From positions 32,001 to 96,000 of the forward strand of contig OZ247587.1 in NCBI GenBank assembly GCA_965233865.1: 64,000 nucleotides of DNA, written 5' to 3'. Positions 9,866 to 22,126 of the stretch are shown one piece after another. Numbering within the stretch: position 1 is the stretch's first letter; every line of letters starts with the position of its first letter. Below the pieces are notes generated by a model that was not told the DNA's origin, made no database searches, and worked only from the letters and a program-made list of their open reading frames with translations. The DNA is from Candidatus Neptunichlamydia sp. (GTDB lineage Bacteria > Chlamydiota > Chlamydiia > Chlamydiales > Simkaniaceae). The translations under genes were made by a program, and so were the position numbers.

Positions 9866-12800
9866 ATGCAAGAAGATGAATTTCATGATTCTCAATTTGA
9901 TAAACTAACGATCAAAATTGCGTCTGACGACGTTGTACGCAACGAATGGTCACGTGGTGAGATTAAAAAACCCGAAACGATCAACTACCGAACGTTTAAA
10001 CCGGAGAAAGGTGGCCTTTTCTGTGAAAAGATTTTTGGGCCTACCCGCGACTGGGAATGTGCGTGCGGAAAGTACAAAAAGATTAAGCATAAAGGCATTA
10101 TCTGCGACCGATGCGGTGTTGAGGTGACCTTGTCAAAGGTTCGCAGAGAAAGGATGGCTCATATAGAGCTAGCTGTTCCTGTAGTCCATATTTGGTTTTT
10201 CAAAACTCAGCCTTCTCGGATTGGTAACATTCTTGGAATGTCTGTTTCAGACCTTGAAAGAATTATCTATTACGAAGAGTATGTCGTGGCTGATCCCGGT
10301 TCTACAACGCTTGAGAGAAAGCAGCTCCTGAATGATCATGAATTTCGTGAAGCTCAAGAGAAGTGGGGGCTAGATGCTTTTAAAGCAAATATGGGAGGAG
10401 ATGCAGTCCGTGAACTCCTTGAAAAAGAAGATCTCGTAACTGTAATTGCCGAGCTTAAAGAAAAGCTCCGAAAAACTCGATCGATGCAAGCAAGAATGAA
10501 ATTGGCCAAGCGCCTCAAAATTATTGAGAATTTCGCTTCTTCCCCTAATAATCCCGATTGGATGGTAATCTCTTGTGTTCCTGTGATCCCACCTGATTTG
10601 CGCCCCCTTGTTCCTCTTGATGGAGGTCGATTTGCAACATCAGACCTGAATGATCTTTATCGTAGAGTGATCAATAGAAACAACCGTTTGAAGTCGATCC
10701 TTAAACTCAAGACACCTGAAGTTATTATTCGAAATGAGAAGCGCATGCTTCAAGAGGCTGTTGATGCTCTCTTTGATAACGGACGTCATGGGCATCCAGT
10801 GATGGGAGCAGGAAACAGGCCTCTTAAAGCTCTTTCAGAGATGTTAAAGGGTAAGCAGGGACGTTTTCGTCAAAACCTCCTTGGTAAAAGGGTAGACTAT
10901 TCAGGCCGTTCTGTAATTATTGTCGGTCCTGAGCTTAAGTTTAACCAGTGTGGTCTTCCAAAGAAAATGGCTCTTGAACTCTTCGAACCTTTCATTGTGA
11001 AACGATTGAAAAGCCGGGGACTTGTCTACACGATTCGTTCTGCAAAGAAAATGATCCAAAGAGGGGACCCTGAAGTTTGGGATGTTCTCGAAGAAATTAT
11101 TAAAGGACATCCAGTTCTTTTGAACAGAGCGCCCACGCTTCATAGATTAGGAATTCAGGCTTTTGAACCAGTCTTAATTGAAGGAAAAGCGATTCGTATT
11201 CATCCCCTTGTTTGTACTGCATTTAATGCGGACTTTGACGGGGACCAAATGGCTGTTCATATTCCTCTGTCTGTAGAGGCTCAACTTGAGGCAAAAATCC
11301 TTATGATGGCACCTGATAATATCTTCTTGCCATCTTCTGGAAAGCCTGCTGCTGTACCTTCACAAGACATGATTTTGGGTCTTTATTACCTTATGCATGA
11401 TCCAATTTATTTCCCGGAAGAGCATAGGCTGAAGACAAAAGTCTTTGGCTCATCAGAAGAGGTTCTTCACGCTCTTTACGCTGCTGGAAGCTATAATTGG
11501 TTTGGCAAAGATAAAGTAAGTGAGGGGCGACGAGACGATTACGGACTAGGTCTTCATATTCATGAAAGAATCAAGCTTCGTCTTGATTCTGGAATTATTG
11601 AAACGACTCCAGGCCGAGTAGTCTTTAATACGATCGTTCCAAAAGAGCTTGGTTTCCAAAACTATGCTCTTCGTAAGAAGAAGATGAGTGAACTTGTTCT
11701 CAATACCTATAAAAATATAGGTTTGGAGGCAAGTGTTCGCTTTCTAGACAGTCTAAAGAGTCTTGGATTCTCTCATGCAACAAAAGCCGCCCTTTCTATG
11801 GGAGTAAAAGATATTGTGATTCCTGAAGGTAAGCAGAAAATGATTCAAGATACCCAAAAGAAAGTAGCAGTTGTCATTAAACAATATGAAGATGGTGTCA
11901 TCACTGAAGGAGAGAGACATTCCAAAATTATTAGCATTTGGACAGATGTCTCTGAGATTCTTGCTGATCAGCTCTTTAAGATGATCTCGGAACCAAAAGG
12001 TACGATGCTTAACCCGCTTTTCCTGATGATGGACTCCGGTGCTCGGGGTAACAAATCTCAGGTCAAGCAGCTTGGAGCTCTTAGAGGACTGATGGCTAAG
12101 CCATCTGGGGAGATTATTGAGTCACCAATTACCGCGAATTTCCGCGAAGGATTGAGTGTTCTCGAGTTCTTCATTTCTTCTCATGGAGCCCGTAAAGGTC
12201 TTGCTGATACGGCACTGAAGACAGCCGATTCGGGATACCTCACAAGGCGTCTTGTTGACGTTGCTCAGGATGTTTTAGCTACCGAAGAAGATTGTGGAAC
12301 CCTTAACGGAATTGAAGTTTCATCCATCAAACAAGGACAAGAAGAGCTACTTCCTATTAAGGACCGAATCTATGGTCGTACCATTTGTGATGATGTATAT
12401 GTTCCAGGAGATCAAGCGAGTCTTCTTGCAAAAACCGGGGACACTCTCACAACTAAGCAAGCAGAAGCTATTGATGATGCCGGGATAGAGACGATCCGGA
12501 TGCGCTCTGCCCTTACGTGTGAGGCAAAACGTGGGGTTTGTTCGAAGTGTTATGGCATTAATCTTGCCAATGGCCGCCAGGTTGCACTTGGAGAAGCTGT
12601 TGGGGTCATTGCCGCGCAGTCAATTGGTGAGCCCGGAACACAGCTCACGATGCGTACCTTCCACTTGGGGGGGATTGCATCTGCGCACGCAACACCTGAC
12701 TTGATTGCAGAACACGATGGAATCCTGGTTTATACCGATCTTCGTACGGTGCAGAACCAAGAAGGAATGCACTTAGCGCTCAATAAGAATGGATTTATTC

Positions 12801-14032
12801 ACGTTGTTCGTGATGAAGGACGTTCTATGGATGAATATAAGAAACTTCTTAGTACAAAATCGATTGAATCTCTTCAAACCTTTACCATTGAGCTGGGGAC
12901 ACAGATTGCTCTTGCAGATGGTACGAAAGTGAAGAAGAAAGATCGAGTGGGACAATGGGAACAACACAATATTCCAATCATTTGTGAAAAACCTGGATTT
13001 GTCAAGTATGAAGACTTAGTTGAAGGGATTTCAACCATTCGCAATGTGAGTAAACAAACCGGACAAACCGAGCTTGTCGTTCGGCAACATCGCGGTGAAT
13101 TACACCCACAAATTGTTATCTATGCTGATAAAGAGTTTGAAGAGCTTGTAGGAACCTATGCGATTCCGTCGGGAGCTATTATTTCAGTTAGCGAAGGAAA
13201 TCAAGTTGACGCTGGGGATCTTTTAGCGAGATTGCCACGAGGAGCGATCAAAACAAAGGATATCACTGGAGGTCTTCCTCGAGTAGCAGAGCTTGTTGAA
13301 GCTAGACGTCCTCGCGATGCTGCTGAGATCGCAAAAATTGATGGTGTAGTTGATTTTAAAGGTGTGCAGAAGAGCAAAAGGATCGTTGTTATAAAAGACG
13401 AAGATACTGGCATGGAAGAGGAACATCTAATCCCTCTTACCAAGCATTTAATCGTTCAAAGAGGCGATACCTTAGTGAAAGGCCAGCAGTTGACTGATGG
13501 TTTAGTTGTGCCTCAAGAAATCCTTGATATTTGTGGGGTACGAGAACTTCAAAAATATCTTGTGAACCAAGTCCAAGAAGTTTACCGCCTTCAAGGGGTA
13601 GACATCAACGATAAGCATATTGAGATTATCGTTCGTCAGATGCTTCAGAAAGTGCGTGTTACCGACCCTGGTGACACAACCTTCCTATATGGTGAGAATG
13701 TTGATAAAAAGATCTTTCATGAGCAGAACTCTAAAGTGGTTGACGAGGGAGGAAAGCCTGCGCAAGCAGCGCCAGTCCTTCTTGGGATTACTAAAGCTTC
13801 ACTTGGTACTGAATCATTTGTTTCTGCGGCATCGTTCCAGGAAACAACTCGAGTCCTTACCGATGCGGCTTGTGAAGGGAAGACAGATTACCTTCTTGAC
13901 TTCAAAGCCAACCTCATTATGGGTCATATGATCCCTGGAGGAACCGGTTTCCAAGATTACGAGCAGCGGGTTAAAAAGCTTGTTGATTCTGAAGAAGAGG
14001 ATGTCCTCGACTTCGCTTTCTCAAACTATTAA
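9866..14032 (+). CDS. rpoC: RNA polymerase beta-prime subunit
   Basis: NADFDGD catalytic motif, N-terminal Zn-binding Cys cluster. Confidence 0.99.
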   Translation: MQEDEFHDSQFDKLTIKIASDDVVRNEWSRGEIKKPETINYRTFKPEKGGLFCEKIFGPTRDWECACGKYKKIKHKGIICDRCGVEVTLSKVRRERMAHIELAVPVVHIWFFKTQPSRIGNILGMSVSDLERIIYYEEYVVADPGSTTLERKQLLNDHEFREAQEKWGLDAFKANMGGDAVRELLEKEDLVTVIAELKEKLRKTRSMQARMKLAKRLKIIENFASSPNNPDWMVISCVPVIPPDLRPLVPLDGGRFATSDLNDLYRRVINRNNRLKSILKLKTPEVIIRNEKRMLQEAVDALFDNGRHGHPVMGAGNRPLKALSEMLKGKQGRFRQNLLGKRVDYSGRSVIIVGPELKFNQCGLPKKMALELFEPFIVKRLKSRGLVYTIRSAKKMIQRGDPEVWDVLEEIIKGHPVLLNRAPTLHRLGIQAFEPVLIEGKAIRIHPLVCTAFNADFDGDQMAVHIPLSVEAQLEAKILMMAPDNIFLPSSGKPAAVPSQDMILGLYYLMHDPIYFPEEHRLKTKVFGSSEEVLHALYAAGSYNWFGKDKVSEGRRDDYGLGLHIHERIKLRLDSGIIETTPGRVVFNTIVPKELGFQNYALRKKKMSELVLNTYKNIGLEASVRFLDSLKSLGFSHATKAALSMGVKDIVIPEGKQKMIQDTQKKVAVVIKQYEDGVITEGERHSKIISIWTDVSEILADQLFKMISEPKGTMLNPLFLMMDSGARGNKSQVKQLGALRGLMAKPSGEIIESPITANFREGLSVLEFFISSHGARKGLADTALKTADSGYLTRRLVDVAQDVLATEEDCGTLNGIEVSSIKQGQEELLPIKDRIYGRTICDDVYVPGDQASLLAKTGDTLTTKQAEAIDDAGIETIRMRSALTCEAKRGVCSKCYGINLANGRQVALGEAVGVIAAQSIGEPGTQLTMRTFHLGGIASAHATPDLIAEHDGILVYTDLRTVQNQEGMHLALNKNGFIHVVRDEGRSMDEYKKLLSTKSIESLQTFTIELGTQIALADGTKVKKKDRVGQWEQHNIPIICEKPGFVKYEDLVEGISTIRNVSKQTGQTELVVRQHRGELHPQIVIYADKEFEELVGTYAIPSGAIISVSEGNQVDAGDLLARLPRGAIKTKDITGGLPRVAELVEARRPRDAAEIAKIDGVVDFKGVQKSKRIVVIKDEDTGMEEEHLIPLTKHLIVQRGDTLVKGQQLTDGLVVPQEILDICGVRELQKYLVNQVQEVYRLQGVDINDKHIEIIVRQMLQKVRVTDPGDTTFLYGENVDKKIFHEQNSKVVDEGGKPAQAAPVLLGITKASLGTESFVSAASFQETTRVLTDAACEGKTDYLLDFKANLIMGHMIPGGTGFQDYEQRVKKLVDSEEEDVLDFAFSNY

Positions 14033-14044
14033 TCTTGATTCTTA

Positions 14045-14074
14045 TAAGGGGCTGTTTTCAGCCCCTTAATTTTT
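14045..14074 (+). terminator. Intrinsic terminator of the rpoBC operon
   Basis: TAAGGGGCTG-TTTT-CAGCCCCTTA then ATTTTT. Confidence 0.8.
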
Positions 14075-14154
14075 GAACGATTGCGGGGAAATCCTTCGGT
14101 TGCAACCGAAAGAGGACTTCTACGCCTAAATCACCATAGGCAACAACTTCAGAT

Positions 14155-14347
14155 TCTATAGATAAAATATTTTATTTTAGTTATACTCCTTGAATGACGT
14201 ATTTGTTAGATTTTAGAAAAAAGTTCTATCAATCCGAAGCAAAGAAAAATTAAGCTTTGCCCAAGTAGTAAAGCGCTTTGGTATAAGTCTAAATAACGTG
14301 AATGCGATAGCTGGCATAACTAAAAATAATTCACTTTATCTATTAGA
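14155..14347. repeat. Long imperfect palindrome (~190 bp) between rpoC and tal
   Basis: Ends TCTATAGATAAAATATTTTATTTTAGTTAT and ATAACTAAAAATAATTCACTTTATCTATTAGA are near reverse complements; central GCAAAG...CTTTGC hairpin at the midpoint. Confidence 0.6.
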
Positions 14348-14351
14348 AAAG

Positions 14352-15302
14352 TTAAAGCATAGACTGGATAAGCTTTTCGAGCTTGACTGTATCCTTTGCA
14401 AAGTTGCGAATTCCTTCAGCAAGTTTTTCTGTGGCCATTGCTTCATCGTTAAGCATCCAACGGAAGGTTTTTTCGTCTACATGGATTTTTTTAAGATTAG
14501 CTTTAGAGGCTTTGTCAGCACAGAGTTTTTTAGGGACAGTTCCTTCTGATTCGGTAAGCTCTTTGAGAAGCTTAGGAGCAATCGTCAGGAGGTCAGAGCC
14601 TGCAAGTTCAAGGACTTCGTCAATATTGCGAAAGGATGCTCCCATGATTTGCGTATTATAGCCAAATTTTTTGTAATAATTGAAGATAGAGGTAACTGAA
14701 AGAACTCCAGGATCTTCATCAGCTGGATAAGACTCTTTTCCTTCAGCTTTTTTATACCAGTCAAGGATTCTTCCAACAAATGGTGAGATGAGAGTGGCTC
14801 CGGCTTCAGCACATGCGACAGCTTGACCCAGGCCGAACATGAGGGTCATATTGCAATGGATTCCTTCTTTTTCTAGCTCAGAGGCGGCAAGGACCCCTTC
14901 CCATGTCGAGGCGAGTTTGATAAGGATGCGTTCTTTCTCAATTCCTGCTTCCTTATAGAAGGCAATATACTCATGAGCTTTTTTTAAGCTCCCTTCTACG
15001 TCAAAAGAAAGTCGAGCGTCGACTTCTGTCGAAACCCTACCTGGAATATGCTTGAGAATTTCGGCTCCAAAATTCACGAAGATTTTGGTGATAATCAGCT
15101 CAAGAGGGTTTTGTCCTCCTTTGGATTTTCCATACTGAATGGCCTCTTCGATAAGAGGCTTATACTCTTCAATTTCTGAGGCCTTCAGAATCAGAGAAGG
15201 GTTTGTAGTTGCATCTGTGGGGTGGTATTTTTTAATCTTATCAATTTCACCGGTGTCTGCAACAATGACCGTGTGCTCTTTTAACCCTTCAAATTTGTTC
15301 AT
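14352..15302 (-). CDS. tal: Transaldolase
   Basis: [41 protein letters not shown]. Confidence 0.98.
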   Translation of the reverse strand: MNKFEGLKEHTVIVADTGEIDKIKKYHPTDATTNPSLILKASEIEEYKPLIEEAIQYGKSKGGQNPLELIITKIFVNFGAEILKHIPGRVSTEVDARLSFDVEGSLKKAHEYIAFYKEAGIEKERILIKLASTWEGVLAASELEKEGIHCNMTLMFGLGQAVACAEAGATLISPFVGRILDWYKKAEGKESYPADEDPGVLSVTSIFNYYKKFGYNTQIMGASFRNIDEVLELAGSDLLTIAPKLLKELTESEGTVPKKLCADKASKANLKKIHVDEKTFRWMLNDEAMATEKLAEGIRNFAKDTVKLEKLIQSML

Positions 15303-15352
15303 ATACCAACCTTTGTGCGTTTTTTGCCTTTAAAGCACTATATAACAGAAAA

Positions 15353-15850
15353 TCAATAAAATTCAAAGTTGATCATGTTTTGGGGAAGGATGCGACTTGG
15401 TTCTCGGAGGAGGGCATCATAGTGTCTCCTGAAGTTAGAGGCATCAAGGATTTCAGAAAAATGACCAGAAGTGAGGATCACAGAGGATTTAAGTTCTAGG
15501 GTTTGAAGAAGGTAATCCAGGCATGTGTCAGAGAGTTGAGCTCGTTGGCCTCCTTCAAAAAGAGGAATGACAAAGGTTTCCGAGGCGAAATTAGTGGAGA
15601 TTGTAATGGTGGTAGCGTGGATATCTTCATCAAAAATTGGGAGCTCGAAGGAGTGGACATTAATATACCCATGAATTTCCTTTCCATAGCGGGTAAGTTC
15701 TAGCTCAAGGCCATCGGTTGATGAGATAGGTGAGTGAGAAAGTTTAGCTATGTCATAATGAGCATTCCCATTCTGTATTGAAGTATGCTGCCATCCATCT
15801 CTATGGCAGCCAGAGACTATGAGGAGAAAAAGAGGAAGCAGATACTTCAT
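15353..15850 (-). CDS. Hypothetical lipoprotein
   Basis: MKYLLPLFLLIVSGC lipobox; overlaps the upstream gene by ATGA. Confidence 0.75.
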   Translation of the reverse strand: MKYLLPLFLLIVSGCHRDGWQHTSIQNGNAHYDIAKLSHSPISSTDGLELELTRYGKEIHGYINVHSFELPIFDEDIHATTITISTNFASETFVIPLFEGGQRAQLSDTCLDYLLQTLELKSSVILTSGHFSEILDASNFRRHYDALLREPSRILPQNMINFEFY

Positions 15851-16140
15851 GAAGCCTTTTTATCTAGGAGCTCAGTAGATTTTATGTGCTTTCCGGTATT
15901 GGAACCACTTAAGAGAAGTCCAATAGTGATTGCAGCAATTGTCCCAACGACTGCAAAAGCGGCCTTTTTAGTGTTAGAAATCTCGAGTTTTTCAGTGTGG
16001 TCTCGAAAAGGAGCATCAGGAGCTGCATATAAAGAAGAAGAAAGATCTGGAGGGATTTCGGTATCGGTGCCCTCAATAGGTGGGGTTGTAGCAAGAAGAG
16101 GAGATGTCGCTACGGCAAGGATCAGAAGGAGTTTTTTCAT
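15847..16140 (-). CDS. Small exported protein with a C-terminal TM helix
   Basis: MKKLLLILAVATSPLLA signal peptide; AAFAVVGTIAAITIGLLL; ATGA coupling on both sides. Confidence 0.7.
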   Translation of the reverse strand: MKKLLLILAVATSPLLATTPPIEGTDTEIPPDLSSSLYAAPDAPFRDHTEKLEISNTKKAAFAVVGTIAAITIGLLLSGSNTGKHIKSTELLDKKAS

Positions 16141-16853
16141 AGAGCGTTCTCCGATAATAGGGTTTCTTGAATGTGTTTGATGGCAAGGAATTGCCAGCAT
16201 ATGCCCTTAGATTCTAAAGCGCTTTCTATATAATTTACAAACGGTTTCCAGTGGATATTTTGAAAAAATGAGGAGGCAAAAAGAGATTCTTTATCATTTT
16301 TGGAACTTAGGCAGAGGTTTCTCCAACATTTTGTCACTTCTTCAATCCTCTTTTCGAGAGAAAATTCACTGCAGGAGGCTAAGATGGACGGTGTTGTTTG
16401 GAGCGACTTAAATGACTTTAAATAGGTTTCATGAAGCTCAAGGAATTCTTTTTTAAGACATGCTCCTGTTTGAATAAGAGCAAAGTTTTTGTATAAAGTG
16501 ATAGATTGAAGGATTCGAATGGCTCCCCATTGATTCTTTCTATCGATTTGAAAAAGGTGAGCTATTCCAACGGAAGTTTTAAAAGTTCCAAGCTCTTGGA
16601 AGTCATCTCTGCGATAGATTTTTTCTAGTGCCTTTGTATACTCCGCAATAGAAGCATTTCCAACATATTCAATTGTAAGGGTAAGTGAGGGAGTAAACAC
16701 CTTCTTATCGGAGGCAATAAAAACCACCTTGACCCCATCTTCATATTTTGAAGGATCGGTGAAAAGCCATCCTTTTGGAGGGTCAATAACAGTAAAAAAT
16801 GGTTCGTAAGCAATAAGCATGAGAGGAAAAAGAAAAAAAGCCAACCATCTCAT
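16137..16853 (-). CDS. Exported hypothetical protein (possibly PsbP/DcrB-like fold)
   Basis: Signal peptide; PPKGW...FTPSLTLTIE pattern; conserved chlamydial position between tal and the V-ATPase. Confidence 0.7.
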   Translation of the reverse strand: MRWLAFFLFPLMLIAYEPFFTVIDPPKGWLFTDPSKYEDGVKVVFIASDKKVFTPSLTLTIEYVGNASIAEYTKALEKIYRRDDFQELGTFKTSVGIAHLFQIDRKNQWGAIRILQSITLYKNFALIQTGACLKKEFLELHETYLKSFKSLQTTPSILASCSEFSLEKRIEEVTKCWRNLCLSSKNDKESLFASSFFQNIHWKPFVNYIESALESKGICWQFLAIKHIQETLLSENAL

Positions 16854-17149
16854 GATGATGAGCCACCTGAAGTCCCATTGTTGTTGCTGCCGCTATGAGT
16901 TGCAACACTTTGATGGAGCACACCGGCAACAATGGCAATTGCTATGGCAAGTCCGAGTCCCCAACCAACCATTGATGCATTGATTGCGGAATGCGATGCT
17001 TTGGATGAACCATATCCTAGAGGCTCACATTTTTCATATCCACCATTGACACCATACTCACAATCGGAAAATGCTTTATCATTAGCGTAAGAGGGAGTAT
17101 TCAAAAGCATAAAAGATAGGGCTACGAGGACCGTAAAGGCTCTTTTCAT
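16850..17149 (-). CDS. Small exported protein with two Cys, a C-terminal TM helix and a Ser/Gly tail
   Basis: MKRAFTVLVALSFMLL...SYA signal; WGLGLAIAIAIVAGVL. Confidence 0.7.
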   Translation of the reverse strand: MKRAFTVLVALSFMLLNTPSYANDKAFSDCEYGVNGGYEKCEPLGYGSSKASHSAINASMVGWGLGLAIAIAIVAGVLHQSVATHSGSNNNGTSGGSSS

Positions 17150-17660
17150 TAAGATATATACCATCTAGATGATTATGTAAGACTGCTGATCTTACCGAAA
17201 ATATTCTTTATCGCCAAGAGTTTTTTATCCTTTTTAAAGATTTTCTATAAATCGTACCATTTCCCTTATTATGATATTTGAAGATTTATGTTTGAGAGAA
17301 CCCACAGGGTTCAGCAGATACCCTATTTTGGAAAGTTATGTAAGTTCATACTAATTATATAAGCATGTTATTGCAACATCTATGCAGTTTCTGCGCTGTT
17401 TTCTTTGGCAAAGAAAAGGTTTTATTGCTATCAGCCTCAAGCTTGGAGTGAATGGCGTCCTGAAGTTAACAGAATGATACGGATTGGTTTGATGACATTC
17501 ATATGCCAGAGCCTTCTTTTGCACTTAATAGAGTAGAAATTGGTGTTGTTGGTCACGTTGGGGTAATACCTTCTCCTTCTGTTTTTGACACCCTAAAAAC
17601 CCTTATGCCTTGAAAATTTAATCTTTTTTGTCTACATTCTCCATAAGCAACGTGAGGTAC

Positions 17661-18293
17661 ATGATGAAATCTGTCGATACTGGTAAAGAAAAAGTCAAAA
17701 AGATCTGCGAAGTTCTGCGAAAGGAAACCATCGACCCTGCCAAGAAAGAAGGGGGCCAAATTATTGCTAAAGCGCGAAGTGAAGGCGAAAAGATTGTGAT
17801 CAATGCAAAGCAAGAAGCGGCGCGCCTTCTCGACGATGCGAAAAAGAAAATTGAAGAAGAGCGCAATGTCTTCCAAGCGTCTGTCAACCTTGCATGCAAA
17901 AAGAGCATTGGCATCCTAAAGCAAGAGATTGAGAAAAAACTGTTTAATCCACAGCTTAAGGCCTTTGTAGGTGAAAGAATGAAGAATCCAAAGGTTGTTG
18001 CTGAACTCATCACAGCCATCATCAAAGGTATTGATAAAGAGGGCATTAATGGAGATCTTCGAGCCATTGTTTCCAAAGCAGTGAATGTGGAAGCAGTAAA
18101 CAAAGAGCTTTCTAAAGGCATTGTGGAACAACTTGAGTCAAAGAGTGTTGAGATAGGGGAGATAGAAGGGGGAGCTCAAGTCAAAATTGTTAACCAAAAC
18201 CTTACAATCGATATATCAGATGATGCTTTGAAAAACCTTTTGGCGAGCTTTGTTAGGGATGACTTTCGTTCGGTAATTTTTGCATATGGGTAA
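17661..18293 (+). CDS. atpE: V-type ATP synthase subunit E
   Basis: GKEKVKKICEVLRKETIDPAKKE, helical N-terminus; first gene of the V-ATPase operon; SD GAGGT. Confidence 0.92.
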   Translation: MMKSVDTGKEKVKKICEVLRKETIDPAKKEGGQIIAKARSEGEKIVINAKQEAARLLDDAKKKIEEERNVFQASVNLACKKSIGILKQEIEKKLFNPQLKAFVGERMKNPKVVAELITAIIKGIDKEGINGDLRAIVSKAVNVEAVNKELSKGIVEQLESKSVEIGEIEGGAQVKIVNQNLTIDISDDALKNLLASFVRDDFRSVIFAYG

Positions 18294-19065
18294 ATATTTC
18301 TTTTTAGGAAGTGTCCTTCCTCCTCTCAAAGTAGGAAACGAGCCTGAGATTATTTTTGAAGATTTGATGACTCTTTTTAGGGAGAACATGAGCGCTGCCG
18401 ATCTTGAAAAGGTCAAAGCGATTTTGATCTATATTGATATCAAAAATGTCCAGTCCTTGCTTAAGAAAGAGAAAATTGATCGGAGAGGAAACCTAAATGA
18501 GAAGGAACTCGATGAAGCGATTGTGAATCAATCGGGGCTTCCAGAGTATGTTTTTGAACACTTGGAGGAAACTGAATCAGTTCAAGAGCAGCTGCGTCAC
18601 TTTTCAAAGGTACTTATCGCCTATTTTAAGGAAATGGGGAAAAAATACCGGGGGTTCCTGAAAGGTTATTCTCGCTTCGAACACGAATGGAGAATTCTTC
18701 TTACAGGATATCGAGCAAAGAAGCTGGGAATAGAACCAGGGATAGAGCTGCAACATGAGGATTTTCATGACCCTATTGTTGCTCAAGTACTAGCGCAAAA
18801 GGATGCCTCTTTTTTTGAATTTCCTTTTGAATATGTTGATCTCGGTGAGAAGCTAAAGGATGCTTGTGGAAAGCCAAAAGTGCAGTATGGGGTTATGGCA
18901 AACTACCGGTTTAGTCGAGTTGGTAACGAAGTGCAAGATGCTCCTTTTTCTGCGGACTATCTTTTTGGTTACTTGGTGCAGTTAATGATTGTTGAAGATG
19001 CATATGCCTTGGATGAAAAGCAAGGGAATCGAATGTTAAGTGAAATTGTGAAAGGATCGATATGA
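18286..19065 (+). CDS. V-type ATP synthase subunit C-like protein (DUF2764 type)
   Basis: YFFLGSVLPPL N-terminus; position between subunits E and A. Confidence 0.85.
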   Translation: MGKYFFLGSVLPPLKVGNEPEIIFEDLMTLFRENMSAADLEKVKAILIYIDIKNVQSLLKKEKIDRRGNLNEKELDEAIVNQSGLPEYVFEHLEETESVQEQLRHFSKVLIAYFKEMGKKYRGFLKGYSRFEHEWRILLTGYRAKKLGIEPGIELQHEDFHDPIVAQVLAQKDASFFEFPFEYVDLGEKLKDACGKPKVQYGVMANYRFSRVGNEVQDAPFSADYLFGYLVQLMIVEDAYALDEKQGNRMLSEIVKGSI

Positions 19066-20825
19066 TTAATGCAACTGGAAAAGTCGTGAAGGCTTTTGGA
19101 AACCTTCTTCACGTAAGGTTTGAAGGGAATGTGCGGCAGGGGGAGACGGCAATGGTCAAGATTGATGAGGTCTCCGTAAAGGGAGAAGTCATCGAAATTG
19201 CTGGCGATGTTGCAAAGCTCCAAATCTTTGAAGATATTTTGGGAGTAGAACTGGATTCTGAGGTAACCTTTACAGGGCATCTCCTTGAAGCGGAGCTCGG
19301 ACCTGGATTAATTAGCGCAATTTTTGATGGCCTGCAAAGTCCATTGGAACGTGTTGCCGATGCTTCAGGACTTTTCTTGCAAAGAGGCGTGCATCTTCCA
19401 TCACTTGATCGGCAAAAGCATTGGGATTATCAGTCAGTTGCTAAAGTTGGTGATGTTCTTGAGCGGGGAGACACTATTGGTACAACAATGGAAGGTCGGT
19501 TCCATCACTTTATTATGCTCCCTTTTGCAATGAGGGGAAAACATACGGTTTCATGGACTATTGATGCAGGGGCCTACACAATTGATAAGGTTGTTGCAAA
19601 GGTAAAGGATGAAAAAGGGAAGGAGCATAAGCTGACCATGGTGCAGCGCTGGCCGGTAAAAATACCTCTCACTCAGGGAAAGAAGATTAAAGCCTCTAAA
19701 ATGATGGATACTGGTGAGCGGGTTATTGATACTCAGTTTCCCATCCTGAAAGGAGGGACTTTCTGTACTCCAGGTCCTTTTGGAGCTGGAAAAACGGTAC
19801 TTCAACACCACTTATCGAAATATTCTTCGGTTGATATTGTTATTATTACGGCTTGTGGAGAAAGAGCGGGAGAGGTTGTTGAAGTTCTCAAGACGTTTCC
19901 TCACCTAACAGATCCGCATACGAATGAATCGCTCATGAGCAGGACAACGATTATTTGTAATACTTCCTCAATGCCAGTATCAGCGCGTGAAGCCTCGGTT
20001 TATATGGGAGCAACGCTTGCTGAATACTACAGGCAGATGGGGCTTGATGTTCTTCTCCTCGCTGACTCGACCTCTAGATGGGCGCAAGCAATGCGAGAAA
20101 TGTCAGGGCGCTTAGAGGAAATTCCTGGTGAAGAAGCTTTTCCTGCCTATTTAGGTTCACGAATCGCTGCTTTTTATGAGCGATCTGGTGTGATTAAATT
20201 GAAGAATGGAAAAGATGGGTCGTTGACGATTGCTGGAACGGTCTCTCCTGCCGGAGGGAACTTTGAAGAACCCGTGACGCAGGCAACGCTTGCTGTAGTG
20301 GGAGCCTTTTTGGGACTTTCGCGAGCTCGTTCAGATGCCAGACGTTACCCAGCCATTGATCCACTTATCTCATGGTCAAAGTATATTGAAGATGTGAGTG
20401 TGGATCTTGAGGGTAAAGTCACGCAGTGGGATAAAAAGAATCAAACTGCCTTCCAATTCATTAAGGAGGGAGATGAAATTGGGAAGCGGATGGAAGTTGT
20501 TGGAGAAGAGGGAATCACAATTGACGATCTTGTGGTTTATCTAAAGGGAGAACTGTATGACTTTTCATACTTACAGCAAAACGCTTTTGATAAGGAAGAT
20601 GCTTACTGTCCTCTTGATCGACAGATTCTTCTTTTCGAGCTCATTCAGCGTGTTTTTCATGCAAACTTTAGCTTTAATGGACACGATGAAGCACGAAACT
20701 TCTTCTTAACCCTCCAGAGTGACATAAAAAATATGAACTTTATGCCTTTTGAATCTGATGGATACCATAAGGCTCATGACTCGATTATGCATCGTATCGA
20801 AACTGCTACAGGGAATAATGTATGA
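19062..20825 (+). CDS. atpA: V-type ATP synthase subunit A
   Basis: [39 protein letters not shown]. Confidence 0.98.
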   Translation: MINATGKVVKAFGNLLHVRFEGNVRQGETAMVKIDEVSVKGEVIEIAGDVAKLQIFEDILGVELDSEVTFTGHLLEAELGPGLISAIFDGLQSPLERVADASGLFLQRGVHLPSLDRQKHWDYQSVAKVGDVLERGDTIGTTMEGRFHHFIMLPFAMRGKHTVSWTIDAGAYTIDKVVAKVKDEKGKEHKLTMVQRWPVKIPLTQGKKIKASKMMDTGERVIDTQFPILKGGTFCTPGPFGAGKTVLQHHLSKYSSVDIVIITACGERAGEVVEVLKTFPHLTDPHTNESLMSRTTIICNTSSMPVSAREASVYMGATLAEYYRQMGLDVLLLADSTSRWAQAMREMSGRLEEIPGEEAFPAYLGSRIAAFYERSGVIKLKNGKDGSLTIAGTVSPAGGNFEEPVTQATLAVVGAFLGLSRARSDARRYPAIDPLISWSKYIEDVSVDLEGKVTQWDKKNQTAFQFIKEGDEIGKRMEVVGEEGITIDDLVVYLKGELYDFSYLQQNAFDKEDAYCPLDRQILLFELIQRVFHANFSFNGHDEARNFFLTLQSDIKNMNFMPFESDGYHKAHDSIMHRIETATGNNV

Positions 20826-22120
20826 ACAAGATTTACGATAAAATTATCGACATCCGTGGAAACTTGATCACCGTCATCGCCAGAGGTGTGAAGATGGGAG
20901 AACTTGGTAAAATCCACCGACAATCTGGTGATACAACCCTTGCTTCGGTTTTGAGCATTGACGGAGAAAAAATCACACTACAGGCGTTTGCGAACCCGCG
21001 AGGAGTTTCGACCGGAGATCGCGTGAGCTTTTTAGGACATGCAATGCAGGCAACGGTAGGAGAATCTCTAATGGGACGCCGCTTAAATGGCAGTGGTGAA
21101 CCTATTGATGATGGTCCTGAAGTTGTTGGAAAGAAGCTTCCAATTAATCAACCCTCATTTAACCCTGTGAAGCGGATTGTTCCTCACCAAATGGTGAACA
21201 CAAACATTCCGATGATTGACGTTTTTAATTGCCTTGTGAAATCTCAAAAAATTCCTATTTTTTCGATTGCTGGAGAGCCTTATAATCAGCTACTCATGCG
21301 GATTGCAAACCAAACCGATGCAGACATTGTTATTATCGGAGGGATGGGACTTAGGTATGATGATTACCAAGCTTTTATTGATAACGCTGAAAAATCGGGG
21401 TCGATGGAGAAAACAGTGATGTTTATCCATAAGGCAACCGACCCAGCTGTTGAATGTTTGCTAGTTCCAGATATGGCTCTTGCTTGCGCTGAGCAGTTCG
21501 CCATAAAAGATAAGAACGTTCTCGTTCTTTTAACAGATATGACTGCCTTTGCAGACTCGATTAAAGAGATCATGATTACGATGGACCAAGTTCCCTCAAA
21601 CCGGGGATACCCAGGCTCTTTGTATTCAGATTTGGCCTCCCGATATGAAAAGGCTGTTGATATCGATGGCAGTGGATCTATTACACTGATTTCTGTGACA
21701 ACAATGCCTGGTGGAGATGTGACGCATCCTATTCCTGATAACACCGGATACATTACAGAGGGTCAATTTTACCTCCATGAAGGAAAAATTGACCCTTTTG
21801 GATCTCTTTCCCGTCTTAAGCAACAGGTGATTGGAAGTGTGACTCGAGAAGATCATGGAGATATTGCCAACGCCCAGATCCGTCTCTATGCAGAATCGAA
21901 AAAGGCACGTGAGCGACAGAGCATGGGGTTTCGCCTCTCTCTCTGGGATAGAAAGCTGCTTGAATATTCCTTTCTTTTTGAGGATAGGATGATGGATCTA
22001 GAAGTGAACATTTCCATTGAAGACGCCCTTAATTTAGGATGGAAAACTCTTGCGGAATGCTTTGACCCACATGAAGTGGGTATTAAGCAAGATATGATCA
22101 ACAAATACTGGCCCAAGTAA
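20822..22120 (+). CDS. atpB: V-type ATP synthase subunit B
   Basis: [34 protein letters not shown]. Confidence 0.98.
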   Translation: MNKIYDKIIDIRGNLITVIARGVKMGELGKIHRQSGDTTLASVLSIDGEKITLQAFANPRGVSTGDRVSFLGHAMQATVGESLMGRRLNGSGEPIDDGPEVVGKKLPINQPSFNPVKRIVPHQMVNTNIPMIDVFNCLVKSQKIPIFSIAGEPYNQLLMRIANQTDADIVIIGGMGLRYDDYQAFIDNAEKSGSMEKTVMFIHKATDPAVECLLVPDMALACAEQFAIKDKNVLVLLTDMTAFADSIKEIMITMDQVPSNRGYPGSLYSDLASRYEKAVDIDGSGSITLISVTTMPGGDVTHPIPDNTGYITEGQFYLHEGKIDPFGSLSRLKQQVIGSVTREDHGDIANAQIRLYAESKKARERQSMGFRLSLWDRKLLEYSFLFEDRMMDLEVNISIEDALNLGWKTLAECFDPHEVGIKQDMINKYWPK

Positions 22121-22126
22121 GAAGTC

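Noticed and set aside
17380..17613. Protein-like fragments upstream of atpE (e.g. DWFDDIHMPEPSFALNRVEIGVVGHVG)
   Set aside because: Short, in different frames and no recognisable family; cannot support a pseudogene call without a search
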